Source: a bacterium (lineage in GTDB: Bacteria; Patescibacteriota; Gracilibacteria; UBA1369; PNNO01). From it: DNA of 64,000 nucleotides. The stretch lies in contig PNNO01000001.1 of NCBI GenBank assembly GCA_013824265.1, positions 41,051 to 105,050 on the forward strand. Reading direction: 5' to 3'. A program made the translations under genes and the position numbers. The notes beneath the pieces were generated by a model. That model did not search any database. It was not told the origin of the DNA and was given only the letters and a program-made list of their open reading frames with translations. Below are positions 35,979 to 43,924 of this stretch, one piece after another (the first letter of the stretch is position 1; each line of letters opens with the position of its first letter).

Positions 35979-36839
35979 ATGCAATATAACGAAATTGTAG
36001 AAAAAATTAAATCGCTCGAAATTCAGGGAGCGGAAAACATAGCAATAGCGGCAGTTGAAGCTTTTGCACTTAAGTTAAAAGAAACTCAGGATTATGCAGA
36101 GCTTAAGAAAAGCTATAAAGAGCTTAAAGCTACAAGGGCAACCGAACCGGGGCTTAGAAACGCCCTAAGATACTGTCTTGAAAACTACAAAGAAAATCCT
36201 GACGTAGCAGCCTTTGTGATTAATCATTTCAAGGAATCAAAAGAAAAAATTGCCGAATACGGAGCAAAAAAAATCCACGACGGAATGAAAGTTTTCACTC
36301 ATTGTCATTCGTCTACAGTAAGGGCAATAATAGAAAAGGCATTTGAGCAGGGCAAAAAATTTGAAGTTTATAACACCGAAACCAGACCAAAATTCCAGGG
36401 CAGAAAAACAGCTACAAAGCTTGCTGAAAAAGGCATACCTGTAACACATTTTGTCGACAGTGCCGGAAGATCAATGCTTCGCAAAGCCGACATTTTCCTT
36501 TTTGGCTGCGACGCAATAAGTTCAGAAGGAAAGCTAATCAACAAAATAGGAACCGAAATGCTTGCGGAATGCGCACACGACTGCAGAATTCCGGCTTATT
36601 CATGTACAAATTCATGGAAGTTTGATCCACACACATTGTATGGATTCGACGAAGAAATAGAACAGAGAAGTCCAAACGAAGTGTGGGAAAATCCTCCAAA
36701 AGGAGTAAAAATCTACAATCCCGCATTCGAAATAACAGCGCCTGACATCTTTACTGGCGTAATAACTGAACTTGGCATATACAAACCCGAGTCGCTTGTA
36801 TACGCCGTAAAAGACGCATATCCATGGATATTTAAATAG
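35979..36839 (+). CDS. Ribose-1,5-bisphosphate isomerase (eIF-2B alpha/beta/delta-like family)
   Basis: IF-2B family motifs are present (VFTHCHSSTV, TETRPKFQGR, LFGCDAISSEGKLINKIGT). The gene lies directly downstream of AMP phosphorylase. Confidence 0.75.
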   Translation: MQYNEIVEKIKSLEIQGAENIAIAAVEAFALKLKETQDYAELKKSYKELKATRATEPGLRNALRYCLENYKENPDVAAFVINHFKESKEKIAEYGAKKIHDGMKVFTHCHSSTVRAIIEKAFEQGKKFEVYNTETRPKFQGRKTATKLAEKGIPVTHFVDSAGRSMLRKADIFLFGCDAISSEGKLINKIGTEMLAECAHDCRIPAYSCTNSWKFDPHTLYGFDEEIEQRSPNEVWENPPKGVKIYNPAFEITAPDIFTGVITELGIYKPESLVYAVKDAYPWIFK

Positions 36840-36903
36840 AACTTTAACTTCCAATTTTAAACTTTGGGGGTTAGAATATCGCTGATATTTTTTGTATTTA
36901 AAA

Positions 36904-38025
36904 ATGAAAAAGAAAAATATTCTCATACTTTACGCAAAGATGGGAAAAGGACATTTTAGCGCCAGCATGGCAACAAAAGAAGCGCTTGAACTTCTTTATG
37001 GAGATAAAGTTAACGTAATAATGGCTGATTTTTTCCAGCTATTATCAAAGGGTGTTAGTAATACAACGCAAAAAATGTATGACGGATCGGTTAAGTTCAT
37101 CCCCTCTTTTTATAAAGCTTTTTTTGAACTTACAGACAGCGTATGGACAATTAAGTTTCTAAATGCAATAAGTTATATATCTCTTCAGTCAGCCATGAAG
37201 AAGCTTCTAAAAGAAACCGAGCCCGACATATTAATCTCTACATTTCCAATATGGGATTATGGCGTGGCCCAGTTTTGGAAGGAGCAACATCCCGATTCAA
37301 AATTCGTAAATATAATTACGGATTCAATCTCAATTCACAAAGCCTGGTTAATAGCCGATTCCGACTACAGAATAGTGCCAAACGAAGACACAGCCAAAGT
37401 ATTAATGAATGAAGGAGTCCCGTCAGAAAAAATAAAAATTCTAGGATTCCCTGTTAGCCTGGAATTCATTAAAGAAATAGACAAAAAAGCCATACTCAAG
37501 AATCTTGAATTAAATCCTAATCTTTATACGGTCTTATTGTTTGCAACAATGGGAGATAATAAAAGGAATCTTAAGATATTCAATAAAGTAATCGACGGGA
37601 AACGCGACTACAATGTTATAGGCGTTATGGGAAGAAACAAGTCTCTTATGCCAAAAATCGAACACTTAAAAAATCAAAAAAACGTTGCTATTCTTGAATG
37701 GACGAACAATGTTCCCGACCTTATGAAAGCAAGTGACCTTATATTAACAAAAGCCGGCGGGGCAACCATAATGGAGTGTATAGCAGCAAAAAAACCAATG
37801 ATAATAACTCATGTAATACCGGGGCAAGAAGAAGGAAATGCAATACTAATAGAAAAACATAACCTTGGAATAGTTCTAAAAAAAGGCAAAAAAGGAATTG
37901 ATGAGATTCCCTCTCACATATCAACAATAAGAAAAGAAAGCCAAAAATACTCAGCGGCTCTAAAGGAGCAAAGCAACCCGAGAGCAGCTTTAAAGATAGC
38001 GGAATTTATAAATTCACTACTTTAA
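36904..38025 (+). CDS. MGDG-synthase-like / GT28 diacylglycerol glycosyltransferase
   Basis: The product starts KKNILILYAKMGKGHFSASMA (MGDG_synth N-terminal domain). The C-terminal GT28 motif is LILTKAGGATIMECIAAKKPMII...PGQEEGNA. Confidence 0.75.
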   Translation: MKKKNILILYAKMGKGHFSASMATKEALELLYGDKVNVIMADFFQLLSKGVSNTTQKMYDGSVKFIPSFYKAFFELTDSVWTIKFLNAISYISLQSAMKKLLKETEPDILISTFPIWDYGVAQFWKEQHPDSKFVNIITDSISIHKAWLIADSDYRIVPNEDTAKVLMNEGVPSEKIKILGFPVSLEFIKEIDKKAILKNLELNPNLYTVLLFATMGDNKRNLKIFNKVIDGKRDYNVIGVMGRNKSLMPKIEHLKNQKNVAILEWTNNVPDLMKASDLILTKAGGATIMECIAAKKPMIITHVIPGQEEGNAILIEKHNLGIVLKKGKKGIDEIPSHISTIRKESQKYSAALKEQSNPRAALKIAEFINSLL

Positions 38026-38030
38026 AAGTA

Positions 38031-39962
38031 TTAAATTCCAACTTCATAAAGCTTTTGAGAATCAACAACGTAAAGTTTGTTTGATCCCTTATCGAAGAAG
38101 ATATCTTTCATTTCTCCGATACCGTCAAATACGTATTGTCCGCTATAAGATGCTCCACCCGTATCCAAATCTTTATTCAAAACCAAAACTCTGTTTTTGG
38201 AAGGTTCAAGTATGAATATTTTATCCAAATCAAGTTCAGTATAAATTTTTGTTGGAGCGGCAATAACATCCAAAGGCGCTTCTGATACAACAAAGTCTGT
38301 TTTTGTTCCTCTATCAAATTTTGCAATTTCTCCGTTTGTTTGAAGAACATAAACATATCCGTCTATGGCGATATCAATTACATCGCCAAGTTCACCGCTT
38401 GTAATATATTGCTCCGCATTACCATAAGCTTCTCTATTCTTAACATATTTCCAAATTTGCTTTGTAGTTGGATCAAGCAGATACATTTTGCCGTTGTACA
38501 CATCCATAGCTATAGCGCTGTGAAATGATCCGTCCGGAGTATCCATAAACTGGAAACGCCCGTCTACATAATAAATAATCTTTCCATTCTTTGTTGCAAA
38601 AATCAGTGCATTATTATTACTGTCATAAGCACCGGCAACAACGGTTTCGTTATCATCAATAGTTATAGGATTTTCAACCTGATCAAGAAGAATTCTATAA
38701 AGAGCATTGTATTCAAAAGCAAAAACCTGATCTTTGTAAGGTATTAATCCAAGAATGCTTACGTTTTCCCTCTTTGTAGATAAATCCGCAACAACACGTG
38801 GGGCACTAACGTATGTAACATTGTCGAGTTTGGTTTTTTCTTCCTGAATCAATCCAAGTAGTTCATTTGCTTTACTTCTGTGATATCCGGAATTAAGCAC
38901 TTCAACAGCCTTCTGTTGGGCATCAGTTAGAATATCCGCAGCAGCGTCCTTATTACTTCTTCCACGAAGACTTGCCGTATTTATCTCCTCCTGAACCTGC
39001 ACAAGGATTTCATCCAATTTTTCTATTTCCCTTTGTGTAGCCCCGCTGTTTTTAACGTACCAAATAACGGCAGTAAGCAAAACTATTACTATTATTAATA
39101 ATGCCAAAATTTTATCCTTGGTCATTTGTTTTGATGTCATTCCTTTTAATACATTGTTCATGTAATGAACTATTCTGTCTCCAATTCCGTTAAATACAGC
39201 TCCGATTTTATTTGGCTTTAGACGTAAATGTTGAGCCCTTTCAGGTTTTTCATCTTCCAAATATTCACGCACGCCTGTGATTTCTTTATTTGTTAACTCG
39301 CTAAGCCCCTCATGAAAAGTCATTCCAATAATACCGATTTTACTTAGAATTTCAGGAGAAAGTGCATCTTTAAGATCACCAAGAGATCCCACAAGATCCT
39401 GTGATTTTAACGTTTGTATAAAGTCACTCTTTGAAATATATCTAAGAAGTCTTGTTGTGCTAAAAAGAATAAAGTCCCCCGGCTCAATTGTACCGCTGGC
39501 TATATTCGCAAAAGTTTCATCTTTTTGAACGGAATGATCGGAAAGTCCCTCGGAAATAATACTGCAATATCTCTTTCTTAGAAGATAAGCTTCAGCATCT
39601 CCGGTTTGTGAAAGATGAAGCTCATTACCTGCAACAACCCCCATTATCACGTGTAGATTACCAATAAAGTGAGACACCGTTTCCGCCTTAAACGCGTTAA
39701 TCGCAGTGTTTACTTCCTTTAAAGCGTCTTCAAATCTTGTATACACGTCCTTTTCAAGATCGGAAAAGAAAATTTTGCGTGCGGAATCAAAAATGGTTTC
39801 CGCAATAAGCTCCGCGTCGGCGGGATTATTTTGAATTTCAACGTTGACGAAAAGTTGTCCGGCATCTTCTTCCCCTTCTCCAAGATCATATGAATAATTC
39901 TCAAGGAAACTGCCTTCTTCCTTTCCTACAAAGAGAAATTCGAATTGATTTCGTAGTTTCAT
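38031..39962 (-). CDS. Hypothetical bitopic protein: degenerate PP2C-like cytoplasmic domain, one TM helix, extracytoplasmic beta-propeller-like repeats
   Basis: The N-terminal region resembles a PPM fold (VVAGNELHLSQTGDAEAYLLR, DFILFSTTRLL), but I did not see the acidic metal motifs. The TM helix is ILALLIIVIVLLTAVIWYV. The C-terminus has repeated strand motifs (MYLLDPTTKQIWKY, VYVLQTNGEIAKFD, IFILEPSKNRVLVL, LYVVDSQKLYEV). Confidence 0.5.
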   Translation of the reverse strand: MKLRNQFEFLFVGKEEGSFLENYSYDLGEGEEDAGQLFVNVEIQNNPADAELIAETIFDSARKIFFSDLEKDVYTRFEDALKEVNTAINAFKAETVSHFIGNLHVIMGVVAGNELHLSQTGDAEAYLLRKRYCSIISEGLSDHSVQKDETFANIASGTIEPGDFILFSTTRLLRYISKSDFIQTLKSQDLVGSLGDLKDALSPEILSKIGIIGMTFHEGLSELTNKEITGVREYLEDEKPERAQHLRLKPNKIGAVFNGIGDRIVHYMNNVLKGMTSKQMTKDKILALLIIVIVLLTAVIWYVKNSGATQREIEKLDEILVQVQEEINTASLRGRSNKDAAADILTDAQQKAVEVLNSGYHRSKANELLGLIQEEKTKLDNVTYVSAPRVVADLSTKRENVSILGLIPYKDQVFAFEYNALYRILLDQVENPITIDDNETVVAGAYDSNNNALIFATKNGKIIYYVDGRFQFMDTPDGSFHSAIAMDVYNGKMYLLDPTTKQIWKYVKNREAYGNAEQYITSGELGDVIDIAIDGYVYVLQTNGEIAKFDRGTKTDFVVSEAPLDVIAAPTKIYTELDLDKIFILEPSKNRVLVLNKDLDTGGASYSGQYVFDGIGEMKDIFFDKGSNKLYVVDSQKLYEVGI

Positions 39963-40073
39963 TTTTACCAGGTTTAAACTTCATTTTTATCTTGGTAAAA
40001 CATAACTTAAAAGATAAATAAGTTCAAGCCTCAGTGACGAGCGGGAACAAGACTCCTTGAATAAAATTACCCG

Positions 40074-40103
40074 TTGACACTAACCTTGCTAATAAAGTAT
40101 CAT
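40074..40103 (+). promoter_or_regulatory. Putative promoter for rpmH-rnpA-yidC-jag
   Basis: TTGACA (40074-40079) is followed by an 18-nt spacer and TATCAT (40098-40103). It lies about 60 nt upstream of the rpmH ATG. Confidence 0.45.
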
Positions 40104-40167
40104 CCTGTCGCTACCAGAGTTGAGCTTCAGCGAAACTCGTTTTAAAGTCCATTACACCCTTTAAATA

Positions 40168-40311
40168 ATGCTTGGAAAACTTAAGAAGAAAAAACGGCTT
40201 CGAACACACGGCTTTTTGAAGAGAATGAGCACAAAAGACGGCGTAAATGTTATAAATGCAAGAAGAAGAAAAGGAAGAAAGAAATTGACTGTGATTAAAA
40301 AGCTGAAATAA
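40168..40311 (+). CDS. rpmH: 50S ribosomal protein L34 (below the ORF-track cutoff)
   Basis: I translated this by hand. The product is [47 protein letters not shown], which carries the bL34 signature (RTHGF..RM.T..G..V...RR.KGRK.LT). It lies directly upstream of rnpA. Confidence 0.9.
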   Translation: MLGKLKKKKRLRTHGFLKRMSTKDGVNVINARRRKGRKKLTVIKKLK

Positions 40312-40324
40312 GGCGTCTTAATTT

Positions 40325-40675
40325 ATGATTGCTCAAAAATTCCGCCTACAGAGATGGCGGGTACAAAAACTCTTGAAGCAACCGAACAACAAGAAGATCG
40401 GATTTTTTATTGTAAAATATCTTTCAAACAAGGTTGCGCGTAACCGTTGGAGCGTTGTTGTGAGTAAAAAAATAGAAAAGACCGCAGTCGCCAGAAATTT
40501 AAAAAGAAGACAAGTTTACGAGGCCATAAGGCTAACCGATAAAGATATAGCGGAATGCAAACAGGGTTTTGACGTCTTACTAATACCGCACAAACAGATT
40601 GTGACTTGCAATTATCAAAAAATACATCAGAATGTTAGAGATATATTCAAATTCTTATCATCAATAGGCTCATGA
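40325..40675 (+). CDS. rnpA: RNase P protein component
   Basis: This is a basic 116-aa protein in the conserved position between rpmH and yidC. It contains KIEKTAVARNLKRRQVYEAIR (RNR-like motif). Its TGA stop overlaps the yidC ATG. Confidence 0.8.
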   Translation: MIAQKFRLQRWRVQKLLKQPNNKKIGFFIVKYLSNKVARNRWSVVVSKKIEKTAVARNLKRRQVYEAIRLTDKDIAECKQGFDVLLIPHKQIVTCNYQKIHQNVRDIFKFLSSIGS

Positions 40676-41925
40676 AACGACAATTCATACTTTTCGGACT
40701 TTTTTTTATTGCCCTTCTTCTAATATTTAGAGGCTGTAACGGAAACACAGACCTTGAGGCAAATCTTGCAGGTGGTGATCTTGGAATTTCAATGCTAAGT
40801 ACCGAGTACAAGCTGGACAATCTTGTTACCGTAAGGCTAAGAAACAACACCTCGTCGGATATAAAAATAGAAAATGACTGTCCGCGTGAACCACTTAACG
40901 TTTATAGATACAATAACGGAGAATGGATTCAACTTGAATCTGAGCCAAAAATTGCATGCAACACAACCGAGAGTTTTGTTATTAAACCCGGAGAAGATTT
41001 TAATGTGGATTATAAATCATGGAATCATTCGCTTTTTCACGAAATAGGAAGATATAAAATTGGCGCAAATCTAATAACGGAGAGTGGCGTTCAGGAATTT
41101 CAGTCAAACGAATTCACGGTAGGCGGAAAATCCTGGTTTGGCTACGTATGGGGAACTTTCCTTTATCAACCAATCTACAACTCTCTAATTTATCTTGTAA
41201 GCATAGTTCCAAACTACAACCTTGGAATTGCAATTATATTGCTCACAATCATTCTTCGATCCATCTTGTTCATTCCTTCACAAAGAGGTCTTGAATCACA
41301 AAGAAAACTACAGGATCTTCAGCCTAGAATTAAAAAAATTCAGGAAAAATTCAAGGGAAATCAGGAGAAAATCGCACAGGAAACGTTTGCCCTTTATAAA
41401 GAGTATAAAGTTAATCCCTTTGGAAGCTGTCTCCCATTATTAATACAGCTCCCTATTCTTATAGCCTTGTTTTACGTTATAAGTTCAGGTCTTAATCCGG
41501 ACAATGTATACATGTTATACGAGCCACTAAAAGGATTTGATCTTTCGTTAATAGATTCGAACTTTTTTGGACTTTTAAATCTTCAGAAGATAGATATTTT
41601 TGTTCTGCCTTTAATAGTTGCCGGGCTTCAATTTTTCCAAATGAAGCTTTCTATGGCCAAGAAAAATAAAGAGAAAGCGGAAGAAAACAACAAGGATGAT
41701 AAGAAGAAAAAGACCGGAGATGAAATGCAAATGGCAAGCCAGATGATGGTTTATGTAATGCCGGTAATGATCGCGCTTTTCACTGCATCAGTGCCTTCCG
41801 GCGTTGGACTTTATTGGGGAACATCAACCGCATTTGGAATACTTCAACAGCTTTATGTAAACAAGAAGGTTGCAAGCAAGCATCAAAAAAATGAAGCCCA
41901 AGTTCGGGTTATAGAAAAAAAGTAA
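40672..41925 (+). CDS. yidC: Membrane protein insertase YidC with an N-terminal extracytoplasmic beta-rich domain
   Basis: The YidC/Oxa1 core is present (GIAIILLTIILRSILFIPSQRGLESQRKLQDLQPRIKKIQEKFKGN ... NPFGSCLPLLIQLPILIALF). A Lys/Glu-rich cytoplasmic loop is also present. Confidence 0.88.
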   Translation: MKRQFILFGLFFIALLLIFRGCNGNTDLEANLAGGDLGISMLSTEYKLDNLVTVRLRNNTSSDIKIENDCPREPLNVYRYNNGEWIQLESEPKIACNTTESFVIKPGEDFNVDYKSWNHSLFHEIGRYKIGANLITESGVQEFQSNEFTVGGKSWFGYVWGTFLYQPIYNSLIYLVSIVPNYNLGIAIILLTIILRSILFIPSQRGLESQRKLQDLQPRIKKIQEKFKGNQEKIAQETFALYKEYKVNPFGSCLPLLIQLPILIALFYVISSGLNPDNVYMLYEPLKGFDLSLIDSNFFGLLNLQKIDIFVLPLIVAGLQFFQMKLSMAKKNKEKAEENNKDDKKKKTGDEMQMASQMMVYVMPVMIALFTASVPSGVGLYWGTSTAFGILQQLYVNKKVASKHQKNEAQVRVIEKK

Positions 41926-41985
41926 TTTGCTGTTATAATACTGTTTGAAAACACCTATATCTATTTAATTAATATATTATAAAAG

Positions 41986-42456
41986 ATGAAGATTGAAGCT
42001 GTACTAAAAGATACTCTCGAACAGATGCTTATAAGACTTGAAGCTCCTTTCGAAAACGTAGTGGTCGAAAAAGAAGATCAAAACGGCACAGATTTGTATA
42101 AACTTAACATTGAGACGGAAGATCCAAGCATGCTAATTGGATTCCACGGAGAAAATATCCATTCTCTTCAACATTTGTTAAAAGTTATTGCCTGGAAAAA
42201 AACCAATGAGGAATTCAATATTCTTTTGGATGTAGACAACTACAGACAAAGACAGGAAGAAAACGTTATCAGCCTAACGGAAAGAAAAATTGAGTTGGCA
42301 AAAAAGACAAGAAAGACACAGATACTTCCTCCAATGTCACCATACTTCAGAAGAGTGGTTCATCTTCACATAGCAAGCGCCGGACACAAAAACATCAAGA
42401 CTGAAAGTATTGGAGATGGAGATCACAGACAGGTCACTATTGTGTATGAAGATTAA
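41986..42456 (+). CDS. jag: Jag/KhpB-like RNA-binding protein (KH + R3H)
   Basis: An R3H motif is present (LPPMSPYFRRVVHLHIA). The gene sits in the conserved position after yidC. Confidence 0.8.
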   Translation: MKIEAVLKDTLEQMLIRLEAPFENVVVEKEDQNGTDLYKLNIETEDPSMLIGFHGENIHSLQHLLKVIAWKKTNEEFNILLDVDNYRQRQEENVISLTERKIELAKKTRKTQILPPMSPYFRRVVHLHIASAGHKNIKTESIGDGDHRQVTIVYED

Positions 42457-43411
42457 TAAATACATATCGGGGATTCTTGTATTAATTGGATTTGTATCTT
42501 CCGTACATTTTGCTTTTGCTCAGGAAGAAGTTTTGCCTGTGGAAGCGGTATACACCGATGTTGACACCGGTCATCCGGAATATGTGGCGATTAAGTATAT
42601 GTCGGAAAATGGGATTGTAAGCGGATATCCTGACGGCACTTTTAAACCTGACAACTTAATTAACAGAGCCGAAGCTTTAAAGATAATTCTTGAAGCAAAT
42701 AAAATTATCGATCCCGTTTATATAAAAGATAATACACTTGGCGGAGCGTCTTTTAATGCAGAAAATCTTCCATTTACCGATATTTACAAAAGTTTATGGT
42801 ACTACCCTTACATTAAAAAAGGTCTTGAAGAAGGGATTATAAATGGATATCCCGATGGAACTTTTAAACCGTCACAAACGGTAAACAGAGCTGAAAGTTT
42901 TAAAATGGCAATGGGAAGCGACAAAATTGTTTTACCTGAAGTTACGGAAAATCCATTTGCCGATGTTTACAAAGATCAATGGTTTGCGCCATATTTTCTT
43001 GAAGCAAAATTCAGAGAAATAGTTTATATAAACATGCAAAATTGTGTTAATCCGGGCAAAGAAATGACAAGATCTCATTTCACCGAACTTGTTTATAGAT
43101 ACATAAGAAGTAAAGAAGGTCATAAATTTGGCAAAGCAAGTTATTATAGCGATTATCTTGAAGGGAACGGAACATCTTCCGGTGAACCTTACCGGGCCGC
43201 AGAGCTTACAGCCGCACATTTAACTCTTCCTTTCGGAACAGTCGTCAGAGTAACAAATCTTGCAAACGGAAAGTCTGTAGATGTTAGAATTAATGACAGA
43301 GGCCCTTATGTAACAGGCAGATCAATCGATCTTTCCAAAACAGCCTTTGGAACAATAGCAAGCCTTGGTAGTGGAATAATCTACATTGAGTACCAAATCG
43401 TAACACAATAA
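42446..43411 (+). CDS. Secreted SLH-domain protein with a C-terminal RlpA-like double-psi beta-barrel (lytic transglycosylase-like)
   Basis: The protein has a signal peptide (VLIGFVSSVHFAFAQ) and two SLH-type repeats (GIVSGYPDGTFKPDNLINRAEALKII; GIINGYPDGTFKPSQTVNRAESFKMA). The RlpA/DPBB signature follows (GKASYYSDY..GNGTSSGEPY...AAHLTLPFGTVVRVTNLANGKSVDVRINDRGPY). I chose the start at the ATG at 42446. Confidence 0.75.
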   Translation: MKINKYISGILVLIGFVSSVHFAFAQEEVLPVEAVYTDVDTGHPEYVAIKYMSENGIVSGYPDGTFKPDNLINRAEALKIILEANKIIDPVYIKDNTLGGASFNAENLPFTDIYKSLWYYPYIKKGLEEGIINGYPDGTFKPSQTVNRAESFKMAMGSDKIVLPEVTENPFADVYKDQWFAPYFLEAKFREIVYINMQNCVNPGKEMTRSHFTELVYRYIRSKEGHKFGKASYYSDYLEGNGTSSGEPYRAAELTAAHLTLPFGTVVRVTNLANGKSVDVRINDRGPYVTGRSIDLSKTAFGTIASLGSGIIYIEYQIVTQ

Positions 43412-43419
43412 TAATACAC

Positions 43420-43755
43420 ATGGGTGAAGATCTGATAAGAAGAAAGTATGGAAGCAAAGTTATAAGAAATCGCAAACCACTTTCACAGGAGATAAAAAAA
43501 GCGCTTGTCACTTTAACTCTTGGACTTGTGCTTATTACGGTTGTTTTAAGTATTGTTTTTCTTCTTAACACAAGCAATTCAGCGCAAAAAGGATATGTGC
43601 ATTCACAACTTATTTTACAAAACGAGGAGCTGGACAATATAAACAAGGAACTTAAAATGAAAGTTATGGAGGCACGTTCAATGCTTCATCTTGAAGAAAC
43701 AAATCAAGTTGATGACATGCTTAAGCCGGAAAGTACAATGATTATAGAAGATTAA
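43420..43755 (+). CDS. Hypothetical bitopic protein, FtsL-like architecture
   Basis: The 111-aa protein has a basic N-tail, one TM helix (LVTLTLGLVLITVVLSIVFLL) and a short coiled coil (LILQNEELDNINKELKMKVMEA). Confidence 0.4.
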   Translation: MGEDLIRRKYGSKVIRNRKPLSQEIKKALVTLTLGLVLITVVLSIVFLLNTSNSAQKGYVHSQLILQNEELDNINKELKMKVMEARSMLHLEETNQVDDMLKPESTMIIED

Positions 43756-43760
43756 AGTGT

Positions 43761-43788
43761 TTGACTTTAAATCCCTTTTCTATATAAT
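43761..43788 (+). promoter_or_regulatory. Putative promoter for tRNA-Glu
   Basis: TTGACT (43761-43766) is followed by a 16-nt spacer and TATAAT (43783-43788). It lies about 22 nt upstream of the tRNA 5' end. Confidence 0.45.
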
Positions 43789-43810
43789 TTCCCTTGCTGT
43801 TCAACAATAA

Positions 43811-43885
43811 GGTCCCATCGTCTAGTGGTTAGGACATCAGGTTTTCATCCTGAAAAGAGGGGTTCGATTCCCCTTGGGACTACCA
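43811..43885 (+). tRNA. tRNA-Glu (anticodon UUC), CCA encoded
   Basis: I folded the cloverleaf by hand. The acceptor stem pairs GGTCCCA with TGGGACT. The anticodon stem pairs TCAGG with CCTGA around the loop TTTTCAT (anticodon TTC). The T arm is AGGGG-TTCGATT-CCCCT, and the 3' end is ACCA. Confidence 0.9.
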
Positions 43886-43924
43886 ACGAAGTCTTAGTGC
43901 TTCTAAAAGAAGCTTTGAGGCTTT

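Noticed and set aside
36840-38025. An expected RuBisCO gene completing the AMP pathway downstream of the R15P isomerase.
   Set aside because: The next ORF is clearly an MGDG-synthase/GT28-type glycosyltransferase. No RuBisCO large-subunit motifs occur anywhere in the window.
39963-40167. A possible replication origin upstream of rpmH.
   Set aside because: I see no dnaA gene adjacent and no TTATCCACA-like boxes or AT-rich 13-mer cluster in the spacer. A promoter explains most of it.
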